Translations under genes and position numbers: made by a program
Shown here: positions 37,770-50,425 of the stretch, piece after piece
Position numbering within the stretch: position 1 is the first letter of the stretch
Layout of the letters: every line of letters starts with the position of its first letter
The notes under the pieces: model-generated
Told to the model about the DNA's origin: nothing
The model's input: only the letters and a program-made list of their open reading frames with translations
Databases searched by the model: none
NCBI RefSeq assembly: GCF_963921235.1
Contig: NC_086097.1
Span: 194,930,001-194,994,000 of the forward strand
Length of the DNA stretch: 64,000 bases
Source of the DNA: Mobula hypostoma
Lineage: Eukaryota
Direction: 5' to 3'

Positions 37770-38585
37770 TTGGATGAGAATGTACATAGTCTTTATAGTA
37801 AGTTTACTGATGAACACATGGGTACAACAGTGGTAAATTGACTTTAATCAAGACAGTGTGAGGTAAAGAAATTGGGTTCCCAAATACTAAAAACACATGT
37901 ACAGCAAGTGGCTGGGATCTCAGGAGTGTTGATTTACAGAGGAACATAATGGTGCAAGTTCATAATTCCCTGAAATTGGTAACACAGGTGGATAGGATAG
38001 TGAAGAAGGTAATTAGTGTGCTTGCCTTCACAGGCCAAGGCATTGAATACAAAAGCTGGGATGTCATGTTGCAGATATACAAAATATTGGCCAGGTCATA
38101 TTTGTATAAAGTATCATGTAAAGTTCTGGTCACCATATTTAGGAAAGATATGGTTGCAGCAGAAAGAGTGCAGAAGAGATTCACCAGGATGTTGCCTGGA
38201 ATAGAAGACCTTACATATAAAAGAGATTGGATGGAGTGGGATTTTTACTAACTGAAACATATGAGGCTGAAGGGTGAGCTTACAGAGCAATATATGAGGG
38301 CATGGCATAGATAAAGAATTTTTCCCCTAAGGTGGGAGATTCAAAAACAGAAGTACATATGTTTAAGGCAACAGGGAGAAACTTAGAGATTTGAGGAGCA
38401 GGTTTTTCTCACAGAAGGTATGATTATTTGGAACAAGCTGCCGGAGAAAATGGTAGAGGATAGCATCCCAGACGATATCACTTGGATAGGAGAGGCATAG
38501 AGGGATATTGGCCTAATGTTGGCAAATGGATTAGCATTTGGCTTGGATATGTTGGGCCAATAAACCTGTTTCTATCCAGTACAAC
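37770..38585 (+). mobile_element. Old CR1 3' fragment
   Basis: QVDRIVKK..QGIEYKSWDVMLQ..ERVQKRFTRMLPG. Confidence 0.8.
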
Positions 38586-38861
38586 TCGACATTTTGAAAT
38601 TCCGAGTGAATGCATGTTCTGTCAAAATTTTCATCTCCAATTAAATCAGTATTGACAATTATCAATGGTTTGACATAAATCTGAACAGCAAAGACTAAAA
38701 TAATGGTAAGACCATAAGCTATAGGAGCAGAATTAAGCCATTTGGCGCATGGAGTCTGCTCCACCACTTCATGGCTGATGAACAATACTTTGACTTGAGA
38801 AAGGTAACTATTTAAATTATGTTTTAGACATTTCATTCTAGTTTTCAAATTGAACTTGCTT

Positions 38862-40969
38862 AGAAACATAGAAAACCTACAGCACGATACAGGCCCTTCG
38901 GCCCACAAAGTTGGGCCAAACATGTCCCTACCTTAGAAATTACTAGGCTTACCTATAGCCCTCTATGTTTCTAAGCTCCATATACCTTCCCAAAAGTCCC
39001 TTAAAAGACACTATCATATCCGCTTCCACCACCTTTGCCGGCAGCCCATTCCACACACTCACCACTGTCTGCGTAATAAACTTACCCCTGAAATCTCCTC
39101 TGTACCTTAGACCTGTGACCTCTTGTGGCAACCATTTCAGCCCTGGGAAAAAGCCTCTGACTATCCACATGATTAATGCCTCTCATCATCTTATACACCT
39201 CTATCAGGTCACATCTCATCCTCCGTCACTCAGAGGAGAAAAGGCTGAGTTCACTCAACCTATTCTCAAAAGGCATACTCCGCAATCCAGCAACATCCTT
39301 GTAAATCTCCTCTGCACCCTTTCTATGGTTTCCACATCCTTCCTGTAGTGAAGCGACCATAACTGAGCACAGTATTCAAAGTAGGGTCTGACCAGGGTCC
39401 TATGTTACCTCTTGGCTCCTAAATTCAATTCCACAATTGATGAAGGCCAATACACCGTATGCCTTCTTAACCACAGAGTCAACCTGGACTTGGACCCCAA
39501 GATCCCTCTGATCCTCCACACTGCCAAGAGTCTTACATTAATACTATATTCTGCCATCATACTTGACCTAGCAAAATGAACCACCTCACACTTATCTGGG
39601 TTGAACTCCATCTACCACTTCTCAGCCCAGTTTTGCATCCTATCAATGTCCCGCTGTAACCTCTGACAGCCCTCCACACTATCTGCAACACCTCCAACCT
39701 TTGTGTCATCAGCAAACTTACTAACCCATCCCTCCACTTCCTCTTCCAGGTCATTTATAAAATCACGAAGAGTAAGGGTCCCAGAACAGATCCCTGAGGC
39801 ACTCCACTGGTGACCGACCTCCATGCAGAATATGACCCGTCTACAACCACTCTTTGTCTTCTGTGGGCAAGCCAGTTCTGGATCCACAAAGCAATGTCCC
39901 TTTAGATCCCATGCCTCCTTACTTTCTCAATAAGCCTTGCATGGGATACCTTATCAAATGCCTTGCTGAAATCCATATACGCTACATCTACTGCTCTTCC
40001 TTCATCAATGTGTTTATTCACATCCTCAAAAAAATTCAATCAGGCTCGTAAGGCATGACCTGCCCTTGACAAAGCCATGTTGACTATTCCTAATCATATT
40101 ATACCTCTCCAAATGTTCATAAATCCTGCCTCTCAGGATCTTCTCCATCAACTTACCAACCACTGAAATAAGACTCACTGGTCTATAACCTCCTGGGCTA
40201 TCTCTACTCCCTTTCTTGAATAAAGGAACAACATCTGCAACCCTCCAATCCTCTGGAACCTCTCCTGTCCCCATTGATGATGCAAAGATCATCGCCAGAG
40301 GCTCAACAATCTCCTCCCTTGCCTCCCACAGTAGCCTGGGGAACATCTCATCCGGTCCCGGCAACTTATCCAACTTGATGCTTTCCAAAAGCTCCAGTAC
40401 ATGCTCTTTCTTAATATCTATATGCTCAAGCTTTTTAGTCTGCTGCAAGTCATCACTACAATCACCAAGATCTTTTTCGATAGTGAATACTGAAGTATTC
40501 TTTAAGTACCTCTGCTATTTCCTCCAGTTCCATACATAATTTCCCACTATCACACTTTATAGGTCTTATTCTTTCATGTCTTATCCTTTTGCTCTTCACA
40601 TACTTGTAGAATGCCTTGGGGTTTTCCTTAATCCTGCCCGCCAAGGCCTTCTCATGGCCCCTTTTGGCTCTCCTAATTTCCTTCTTAAGCTCCTTCCTAT
40701 TAGCCTTATAATCTTCTAGATCTCTAACGTTACCTAGCTCTCTGAACCTTTTGTAAGCTGTTCTTTTCTTCTCGACTAGATTTATTACAGCCTTTGTACA
40801 CCACGGTTCCTGTACCCTATCATAACTTCCCTGTCTCATTGGAACGTACCTATGCAGAACTCCACACAAGTATCTCCTGAACATATGCCATATTTCTTCC
40901 GTACTTTTCCGAGAACATCTGTTTCCAATTTAAGCTTCCAATTTCCTGCCTGATAGCCTCATAATTCCC
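38862..40969 (-). mobile_element. CR1 subfamily B, 5'-truncated
   Basis: RT ORF fragments 38949-40884; homologous to 20539-22026; TSD CTTGCTT at 38855-38861 and 40970-40976. Confidence 0.92.
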
Positions 40970-41494
40970 CTTGCTTCTTTAATCTTCCTGATTACCATTT
41001 TCCTACGTTCATCTAATAATACCAATTTGGCTAGTTCTGTTTGAACAGTTTCTGAAAGGTTAATCAAGCAGCTTTTTTTTAGATTCTCTGCCAATACCTT
41101 GTACAGGGTTTTGAATATTTCACATGTCTCATGGATTTTCACTTCCTGTCTCTAATGTATTTCCCAAATCTTTAGTATATTTCTGACAATCTATAATTAT
41201 GACATGGCAAGTTTTCAATCTAAGCACAAATCACATCTTAGTTGATATTTAACAGCCAGATATGACACTTCTGCAATTTTTGAATGACCATAATTTATAG
41301 CAGATATAAAAAAATTAAAGTATTTCTTATTTCTGGTGCACTCTATCTGTCATTAGTACAGATATTTTTGGGGATGCAAGATTTTTTGTAAAATTCAAGG
41401 CATCCCATTACATAAGCTATTAGTAATCACATTAACATAACACACCAAGATATCATGCATACTTTTGCCAGTAGTTCAGACCTACGTCTCAGGG

Positions 41495-43560
41495 TGTTAT
41501 GTTTTGTAACTTCAGAACATTAAAATAATTCAAAGGAAGAGACTTGTGACAGTGAAAGCAATCTTAGGTTGCAGGGTGCCTTCCCTGGTTGTTGTAGGAG
41601 TTGAACCAAAGACTATAAGAACTGGTTCCAATAGTGGTGGTAAGCTTTCTTCTTATTATTTTTTTTCTAGTTTGTGCAACTTGATCTTGGGGAGGTGCAT
41701 TTAGATCACTGGAGTATACTCTTATTAATCGTCTAGTGTACCCTTTACTATCCAATCTCGCCTCTTGGCTTCCTCATCCACAATATCATCTGACAAATCC
41801 TCTGTTCTTGTATCTCCATTGACTACTTTTTTTTTGGTCTTCCATTCATCCCGCTGGATATTCGTCTTTGCATCTACTTTTACAAACAGCTTTTTGTCTT
41901 CCTCTTGAAGTTCATGTAATAACCTTAATGGACTCAGTGTAGATTCTGGTTCTTTATACTCATGAAAGTCAGATGCTTTCAACTTTCCTGAAGCTCCTTG
42001 AACTCTCTTCCAGCTTAAAACCAACCACATTTTTCAAGTTATTCAGATATGTTGTCGACAAAAACTGTTGTAGTCGGACCACTGCTTTCATCACTTTCCC
42101 AATTCCTCTGAGCAGCACAGCCTTTCCTTGGTCTAAAATGCTTTCCAACTGGTGGCACAGAGGTTGACACCAATACTTGTTTGTCCTCTGTTGTGCAATG
42201 GTTCATGGTGTTTGGCATGGAAACAGTTATGTCATCACCCATTACCTTTCTTAATTCGCTTTCAGTTGACTTTATTGTAAGGGATATGGCATGCAAATGG
42301 TGGATGGATCATGTCCCCACAATGTTTGTCCTTCTGTTTTTAACCACATACAAGCTCAATGTATCTTGTTGGTTGTTATTTTCCACAGTTACGAATGTCA
42401 GTCCCACAGCAGTCATCTTTTCTCCAAGTTCTTAGTGGAATATCTGCAGGCTTCAGTTTGGTATCTTTGAAATGCCATTCAAATACATTTTGTGAAATGA
42501 CTAGAACTGCTAAGCCAGTGTCCAATTCCATTTTATTTAATTTGCCTTTCACTTCTGGTGTAAGCCATATTGCTTCTCTATTAATTTTCACACTGTAAAT
42601 CTCAAGTGTACACAGTCCTGTGTCACCCTCATCATTATCAGAATTTTCATCAACAGAATGCAGATTAGTGCTCTTTTTGAAACTGTAATTTAATTCTTTA
42701 GCTTTTTCTCTTCTTTGAACAGTCCATTTATTTTTGTCTGCCCAACATGCTCTTTGCATGTGTCCTACTTTTTTGCATTTTCTGCAAGTTTCATATTTAA
42801 ATCTGCATTTGTTTGGAATATGTAAGCCCCTGCCACAATATAAACACACTTTATTGGGCCAGGATGGTTTCTGTTTATTCACTGTAATTTTATTTACACT
42901 CACTTTCATTCCTAACTCCATCTCAATTGTGTTTGTTTGTGGTTTCCATTGAAACAGCGATTTCAACTGCTCTTCTAAATGTATGTGTGCTTCAATTAGG
43001 ACACATTTTTGAATGCTTTCTTTGAGACTCTACAAAAAAAACAATCCCTTAGTATTTCATTAAGACCATTACCAAACTGAAAATGCTCAGACAATTTCTT
43101 CAATTCAGCCACATACACTGAAATGGACTCCCCTTCCTTTTGATTCTATTTCTGAAACCTAAAACATTATGAAATGTACAATTGCTTTGGGTCTAAATGT
43201 TCCTGCGCTACTTTGAAAATATCAGAAAAGTTTATTTCTGCTGGTTTGGTTGGAGCAATCAAACTTCTAAGCAAACTGTATGCCTTTAAATGCAGGGCAC
43301 TCAGTAAAATTGGTACTTGATATTCATTGGCTATTTCATTTACTTCAAAACATTGCTCCAATAGCTAAAGATAAATGTCAATTACCCATTGTGTAATCAA
43401 ACTTGATCCTTCCAATGTTGCCAGCCAATTCTCTTTTTAAAATGATTATTATCAACCAGTATTCACTCTTTATGAACCCTGAATTGTTCCATTTCCTGAG
43501 TTTTCTTTTAAAAAAAACTCAATTGTGTCTTCCTTTCCAAAGAATGTTGCTTTTAAAAAA
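41495..43560 (-). mobile_element. Decayed, internally deleted Gypsy element (K02A2.6-like gag-protease)
   Basis: Gag start LLSAL..AYSLLRSLIAPTKPAE, zinc knuckles CLYCG..H..C and CRKCKKVGHMQRAC, protease MELDTG; RT not seen. Confidence 0.78.
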
Positions 43561-43645
43561 AAATTGACCCATGCTTGCTGTTACAACACACATCAAAGTT
43601 GCTGGTGAACGCAGCAGGCCAGGCAGCATCTGTAGGAAGAGGTAC

Positions 43646-43681
43646 AGTCGACGTTGCAGGTCGAGACCCTTCGTCAGGACT
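43646..43681 (-). ncRNA. Hammerhead motif in the inverted pLTR (GAAA changed to GCAA)
   Basis: Reverse complement AGTC-CTGACGA-AGGGTCTCGACCT-GCAAC-GTC-GACT. Confidence 0.65.
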
Positions 43682-43972
43682 AACTGAAGGAAGAGTGAGT
43701 AAGGGATTTGAAAGTTGGAGGGGGAGGGGGAGATCCAAAATGATAGGAGAAGACAGGAGGGGGAGGGATAGAGCCAAGAGCTGGACAGGTGATAGGCAAA
43801 AGGGGATACGAGAGGATCATGGGACAGGAGGTCCGGGAAGAAAGACAAGGGGGGGGGACCCAGAGGATAGGCAAGAGGTATATTCAGAGGGACAGAGGGA
43901 GAAAAAGGAGAGTGAGAGAAAGAATGTGTGCATAAAAATAAGTAACAGATGGGGTACGAGGGGAAGGTGGGG

Positions 43973-44386
43973 ACTTATCCGTGTAAGCGGAACAAGTGCT
44001 ACACATGCCCTTACACTTCCTCCCTTACCACCATTCAGGGCCCCAAACAGTCCTTCCAGGTGAGGCAACACTTCACCTGTGAGTCGACTGGGGTGATATA
44101 CTGCGTCTGGTGCTCCCGATGTGGCCTTTTATATATTGGCGAGACCCAACGCAGACTGGGAGACCGCCTTGCTGAACATCTACGCTCTGTCCGCCAGAGA
44201 AAGTGGGATCTCCCAGTGGCCACACATTTTAATTCCACATCCCATTCCCATTCTGACATGTCTATCCATGGCCTCCTCTACTGTAAAGATGAAGCCACAC
44301 TCAGGTTGGAGGAACAACACCTTATATTCCGTCTGGGTAGCCTCCAACCTGATGGCATGAACATCGACTTCTCTAACTTCCGCTAA
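43973..44386 (+). CDS. Penelope GIY-YIG endonuclease domain (partial ORF, RT missing)
   Basis: GVIYCVWCSRCGLLYIGET..RLAEH..VATHF..LEEQ..GMN. Confidence 0.85.
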   Translation, partial: TYPCKRNKCYTCPYTSSLTTIQGPKQSFQVRQHFTCESTGVIYCVWCSRCGLLYIGETQRRLGDRLAEHLRSVRQRKWDLPVATHFNSTSHSHSDMSIHGLLYCKDEATLRLEEQHLIFRLGSLQPDGMNIDFSNFR

Positions 44387-44683
44387 GGCCCCATCTCCCC
44401 CTCGTACCCCATCTGTTACTTATTTTTATGCACACATTCTTTCTCTCACTCTCCTTTTTCTCCCTCTGTCCCTCTGAATATACCTCTTGCCCATCCTCTG
44501 GGTCACCCCCCCACCCCTTGTCTTTCTTCCCGGACCTCCTGTCCCATGATCCTCTCGTATCCCTTTTGCCTATCACCTGTCCAGCTCTCGGCTCTATCCC
44601 TCCCCCTCCTGTCTTCTCCTATCATTTTGGATCTCCCCCTCCCCCTCCAACTTTCAAATCTCTTACTAACTCTTCCTTCAGTT

Positions 44684-44719
44684 AGTCCTGACGAAGGGTC
44701 TCGGCCTGAAACGTCGACT
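44684..44719 (+). ncRNA. Minimal type I hammerhead ribozyme motif in Penelope pLTR
   Basis: AGTC-CTGACGA-AGGGTCTCGGCCT-GAAAC-GTC-GACT: core intact, stem I AGTC/GACT, palindromic ACGT in place of stem III. Confidence 0.8.
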
Positions 44720-45149
44720 GTACCTCTTCCTGCAGATGCTGCCTGGCCTGCTGCGTTCACCAGCAACTTTGATGTGTGTTGCTTGAATTTCCGGCACCTG
44801 CAGAATTCCTGTTGTTCCATGCTTGCTGTTTCTTTTTACCTGCCATTGCTCTTACTACATTTTTCTCTGTTCCTGACTTTGCTGATCTGACCTCCTGTGC
44901 CACTGCTGAATTCAACGGTTTCATCAAATGCACTTATTATTGTAAGATGAAGCTGGGTCCTCAGCTTTACTTTCTATTGCTCTGGTACCCAACCCTGATG
45001 GAAAGATAAGTGAAAGTCATATATTGTTTTTAACTTTATTTTAATTAATATCAATATTTAACTCATTTATATCAGTTAAATGTGTGTTTAAATCAACATG
45101 AAAAAGAAATCATGTTTGAATAATGAATTGTTTTCTTTATGGAAATGTG

Positions 45150-45320
45150 TAGTAGATGAGTGGAACTGGTACATGTCCACATATACTGTAGATTTCTAAA
45201 AGGCGTTTGATAAGGTGTGTCATTCACAGTTATTGTGGAAAATAAAAGCTCATGGTGTAAGAGGCAACTTATTGCCTTTGTCAGAAGATTGGCTGCCTAG
45301 TAGGAAACAGTGTAGGCATT
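45150..45320 (+). mobile_element. Small CR1 RT fragment
   Basis: GATTTCTAAAAGGCGTTTGATAAGGTG (DF*KAFDKV) and KIKAHGV. Confidence 0.7.
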
Positions 45321-45811
45321 AGCTTTGGCTTTTTTTAATCTCCCTTTATTTTTTCGGTGATTATAGCCAATAGTCTTGATTATCTTGATGCTTTGACTAC
45401 TTCTGTAGAGGGCGTGTTTGGGCCAGGGAATGAAGTTGGAGCCCAATGTCTGTGAGTTTGAGTGTCCGGAATCAAAGACTGGAGGCTCATTGGTGGCCTG
45501 TCCTGGAGTTGGAGGCCTGTGTGTATGAAGAGGTGGGAGGCTGCGTAAAGGGCTTGTTTTGTTCTGTTGTTATTGTTGTTACTGTTTGTGTTGTGTTTTT
45601 TGGTGTTGTGCTGAACTTTGTGGGCATGCTATTTTAGTGCTAGAATGTGTGGCGTAATTTGCAAAGGCTGTACCCAGCATGCCTTTGGGTGTGTTGGCCA
45701 TTAATACAAAGAGGGCATTTCACTATATGTTTCAATGTACATCAGATAAATAAATCTGAGTCTGAATCGCATCAGCTCCATGGAATTAGGTTTGAGGAAA
45801 AGGCTGGTGAG

Positions 45812-45980
45812 CTGGCCAGTGGTGTAGTGAACAGCACAGTGAATAGTCCTGGGTTTGATCCTTGCACACCTTCCAACTGTGCTGGGTTTATTAACTCAGC
45901 TTTGTAAAAGATAGACAAATGCTAAGGAATGGCAAAAAATGCCGCCCAATGTACCACAAGGCGTGAAAAGGAAGAATAAC
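45812..45980 (+). mobile_element. Short tRNA-derived SINE, decayed
   Basis: GTGGTGTAGTG A-box-like, GGGTTTGATCC B-box-like; homologous to 46534-46722. Confidence 0.6.
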
Positions 45981-46533
45981 TAGTATGACAAATGGAGAGA
46001 AAACATTCAGGCTCCTCACATGTTTTACAGAATATCAGAGCAGTCATGTGGAGCCTGCGGTTTGGGAGACATTCAATGAACTGTATGAAGTTAGTACTTA
46101 TACAAACCTTGAGAAAGAAAATGATTCATTTCTGTCAGTGATTTATCTGTAGAAAACATTCAGGTCAGGTACCTTCATAGTCTTTGAGTTCTTCTTCTAC
46201 ACCATTTGCATTTTCAAAGGCAATAAGGGATAAGCATTGATGCAGTCATTGTTGGAATTTACTGCATACTTGTGAATAATTACATGAATAAATCTAAGCA
46301 ATCCAAGAATACTTTATCAAGAGTTTTAAAGTAACTTGTGGATTTTGTTTTTTTTCATAAATATTTTCAGTTTACCCATCTCCTTGTGCAGCCCTATAAG
46401 CAACAGTGATAGCTGTCTTTCTCATTTTTATCATCCAGACCAGGACTGATGTCACATATAGAGAACAGCATATGCTAGTGATGAAATGATCCAAATTTGA
46501 CTTTAATTTTCCACTTTGTGGTACGCCAATGTG

Positions 46534-46722
46534 CTGGCTAGTGATTCAGTGGCATCAGCACTGGACTTTGAGGTGAATGGTCCTGGATTCGAATCCTGGT
46601 GTCCCTTGTACACTTTCCACCTGTGCTGGGTTGAGCATCAAGCTGTCAAAAATACACAAATGCTAAAGAAATGGCAAAAAATGCGGCCCGATGCACCACA
46701 AGGTACAATAAGGAACAACAAC
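46534..46722 (+). mobile_element. Short tRNA-derived SINE with (AAC)n tail
   Basis: GGATTCGAATCC B box, ends GGAACAACAAC. Confidence 0.65.
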
Positions 46723-47076
46723 TAGTATGACAAATGGAGGAATAACATGAAGTATTAAATACATGGGAATAGGAATAAACAAGTAAGACCAAAGGAAAGA
46801 ACCAAACCATATATTTCTTCAAGAACTACAAAAAAATGCTTCAAATCATGTAAAGTCAGTGAAATTAGGTTCAACTGCTCAGAATGTCCTCAAACACTGC
46901 AGAGACACTTTAACATTCACCAGTCAACATGTTAACAAATTTTTTGTTCAGGAACTTGCAGCTTTGAAGTTCAACTGTGCTCAACACACAACTTTTCTTC
47001 CCCCATACAAAGGGTCACCATAAAATGAAAATTAGTTCATTATAGAGTAGCTCTCGAGGACAGAGTGGGAAGAGCT

Positions 47077-47516
47077 ATAGAACGTAGAACATAGAAATTT
47101 ACAGCACATTACAGACTCTTCGGCCCACAATGTTGTGCCAACCATTTTATCTACTCTAGAGACTGCATAGAATTTCCCTAGTGCATAGCATTCTATTTTA
47201 CTAAGCTCCATCTACCTATCAAAGAGGCTCTTAAAAGACCGTATTGTATCTGCTTCCACCACTGCCACCAGCAGAGCACTCCACACACCCACCACTCTCT
47301 GTGTGAAAAAATTACCCCTGACATCCCCTCAGTACCTACTTCCAAGCACCTTAAAGCTATGCCCCCTCGTGTTAGCCATTTCACCCCTGGGAAAAAGCCT
47401 CTGGCTTTCAACACGATCAGTGTCTCTCATCATCTTATACACCTCTATCAGGTCACCTCTCATCCTCCATCACTCCAAGGAGAAAAGGCCAAGTTCACTC
47501 AACCTGTTCTCATAAG
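47077..47516 (-). mobile_element. CR1 3' fragment (B-like)
   Basis: Homologous to 20550-20970; (TTCTATG)-type tail. Confidence 0.88.
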
Positions 47517-47942
47517 GTAAGTTATTGATCAGGTGTAATGGTAGATCCAGGACAAAAGTCATCTGCCGGTACTTAATGGAAGTGGTTAATGTAAAGCTGA
47601 GGCTGAGAGTCAGGAGTAGAAGTTGGTGGGATATCATTATTCCCCAAGCAATGATCTTCTTAGAAAATAGAATAAAAATGTAGATGTTATTCTAGTAGTA
47701 ACCAACATTGATCCATTCTGTGATAATGAAAGTAGCACCAAAGGATTAAACTGGGATCCCTGTAAGGCAAAACATTTTTTTGAACTTTAATTATCTCATC
47801 TTCAGTGAAGTGCACTCATTATACACAGTTCTTCACTGATGCCCTCATTAAACTCTATGCATGATCATGTTCTCTGGTGAAAGTAGTTCAGAGCTGTTAG
47901 GGAGGGTTTGAACTAATTTGGCAGATAATGCAGTGATAATGC

Positions 47943-48150
47943 AGAAAGTTTGAAGTTAATAACTCATCTCCTTCTACCATAGGCCAAGAACTTATCAATC
48001 ACCCCTGCTGTGGACCCCTTCTACGAAGAAGGGATCCGTATGCTCCACAAATGCTGGACTAAGTGTGTACATGTAGGAGGGGACTATGTTAAAAAATAAA
48101 TGTGCTAGGTTTTCTAAAATTGACTCCTTCCACCTTAGACCATGAACCCC
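47943..48150 (+). mobile_element. Mariner-derived MITE, partial
   Basis: Homologous to 35457-35655 in opposite orientation; FYEEGIRMLH.CWTKCVHVGGDYV. Confidence 0.8.
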
Positions 48151-48822
48151 TGATGAAATTTGATGAAATCCAACTACTTCACAAAATATCTTATGGAGGT
48201 TCAAGAAACTGGTTCGCTCCCACATTCCCAAGTGCGGTTATGACTAGGAATAGTCAGTCAAACAAATTGTTGCTGCCGAGTTCGTCTCAGACTCCCTGAT
48301 ATTAGCCCACCTATTTTCAAAATGGTTTATTTTGGAGACTCTTGGGCAAAGGACACACATTATGGGAGGTTACTGTAGGTCCATGCATGTACATTGGAGA
48401 CAAATATAAATCACTACAGCAAGTCATTGGCCACCAAAGAAGTCCTCACTGGAACTCCTTAGCCCCTTTCCTCATGTTTCAGCAGATCATGCCAATGGTT
48501 CAGGGTTGTGAAATGTAGCTGAATCTGCTCCAAAAGATCTGTAGGTATGAGGCAAGAGCACCACAAGTTCAGAAATAACAACAAATAGGATGACTAGAAA
48601 GGCAAAAAAGAGTAAGGAACTTTGGGGAACTGAGAAAAACATTACAACAGATTGAAGTTACTTCTGCACCATTTTCTATCAATATCATGTCACCAGATCC
48701 AAATTACCCTGACAGGTGTGCAATTATTTGACAATGTTAAGTATTTTTAATTAATCAGTATGAAATCCCATTGCTGTGAATCCATAGAAAAACAAGGAAA
48801 ATAAATCATTACGGTTTATTGA

Positions 48823-48912
48823 ATTGTGGCATTAACTGTGAAGGCAATTGTTATTGTGGCATTAACTGTGAAGGCAATTGTTATTGTGGCATTAACTGTG
48901 AAGGCAATTGTT
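48823..48912. repeat. Perfect 3 x 30-bp tandem repeat
   Basis: ATTGTGGCATTAACTGTGAAGGCAATTGTT x3. Confidence 0.95.
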
Positions 48913-48913
48913 G

Positions 48914-50425
48914 CCGTGCCTTGAAAAAGTGTACAGCCCCAACCCTTTGTTCACATAAATGAGTACTGCAAGCAGAGATTTTGATCAACTTACTTGAGAA
49001 TTTTTATTTGTGAATTGCATGCTCCTTTTTCACAGTAGAGCCTAAAAAAATAAAAAATTATAAAGCATGAAAAGCTCAAAAATCAAAAACTGAAAGGGAG
49101 TATTCATCTCCCTTTGCTAAGTATTTAGTTGAACCATGTCTTGCAGCTATTATAGTTAGTCATCTTTTTGAATACATCTCTATTAGCTTTGTCCAATGTG
49201 ACAGAACAAGATTAGCCCATTCTTCCTCACAAAATTGCTCAAGCTGTCCCAGATTGTTGGGAATGGCAATCTGAGGTCTTGCCAGGGATGTTTGATCGGG
49301 TCAAGATCAGGACTCAACTGTGCTTCTCAAGGACATCAATTTTCTTCATTTGAAGACACTCCATGGTTGCTCTGGCAGACAGCCTTGGGTTGTTGTCCTG
49401 TTGAAAGCAGAACTTCCTCCCCAGTTTAAGTTTTCTGGCAGAGCCTGGCCTTTTTATCCAGGATCTTTCTGTATTTTGCAACATTTATCTTCCCATCAAT
49501 CCTGATTATATTTCCACGCCATGCTGCTGAAAAGCATCATGATGCTACCTCCACCAAACTTTACAGTACCTTGCTGATGCGCAGTATTATACTTCCACCA
49601 CACTTACCGCTTAATTTTCAGCCCAAAAAGTTCCACTTTAGTCCCATCTGACCACAAGACCTTCTTCCACATCTTTAAGTATCTTCTAAGTGATGGTTTG
49701 CAAAGTCTTTGTGGACAAGGATATGATTCTGTTTAAGCGAGGGCTTCTTCTTTGCCCCTCTTCCATACCTTTTATGTGCAAGGGCTTAGAGATTGTGGAG
49801 CCATGAACTTCATCTCCAGTTGAAGCTACTGACTGCTGCAACTTACTCAGAGTGACTCTCAACATTACAGTGTGTCATTCTTCTCTGGCGACCAAGTTTA
49901 GAGAGGCAGCCTGACCTAGGCAGTTTGGCTGTGATTTCAGGGTGGACTGCACTGAGCTCTAGTGGATTTGAGATGGTCTTGTACCCATTCTCAGATTTGT
50001 GCTTCTTTATTATCATTTCCCTGACTTGTCTTGAATACTCTTTTGTCTTCATTTTGGTTTGGTCTGTTGGATCTTACAGAGAGAGAGAAACATGTATTCT
50101 TATGAATTCATTGAAAACAGATGATCCTCCAGTTTTCTACATCAGCAACTTGGGTGAGTTAGTAATGAAATACAGTATATTGCACCTGAGGAAAGTCAGT
50201 GTAGTAATTACAAAGGGGATGAACATTTATTCAGCCTTACAATTTTGATTTTTAATTTTTAGTAAACTGTTGACAGGTTTTGGAATTTTTCTTTTGATTT
50301 GACATGGTGCACAATACTTTGTAGATTACCTCAAAAAATCTTACTTCCAAATATTTTAGATGTAGAAAGTGAGACAGTAAAATTTAACAATAGTTGTGGG
50401 GGCTAAATATTTTTTCAAGACACTG
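48914..50425 (-). mobile_element. Tc1-like DNA transposon, decayed
   Basis: TIRs CCGTGCCTTGAAAAAG..AGCCCC / GGGGCT..TTTTTCAAGACACTG-TA; MKTKEYSRQVREMIIKKHKS..GYKTIS; WSDGTK, FQQDNNP remnants. Confidence 0.88.

Larger units (their letters stand above)
43583..44816 (+). mobile_element. Penelope-like element, 5'-truncated with inverted pseudo-LTR
   Basis: GIY-YIG ORF; 43584-43975 is the inverted copy of ~44385-44781; 14-bp TSD CCATGCTTGCTGTT at 43569-43582 and 44817-44830. Confidence 0.93.

Noticed and set aside
40930..41200. Helical-looking 70-aa minus ORF as a host exon
   Set aside because: In-frame stop just upstream, no clear splice sites, runs into a CR1 junction, and no recognisable homology.
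48823..48912. 30-bp repeats as a CRISPR array
   Set aside because: The units are head-to-tail with no spacers, there are no cas genes, and the context is eukaryotic.
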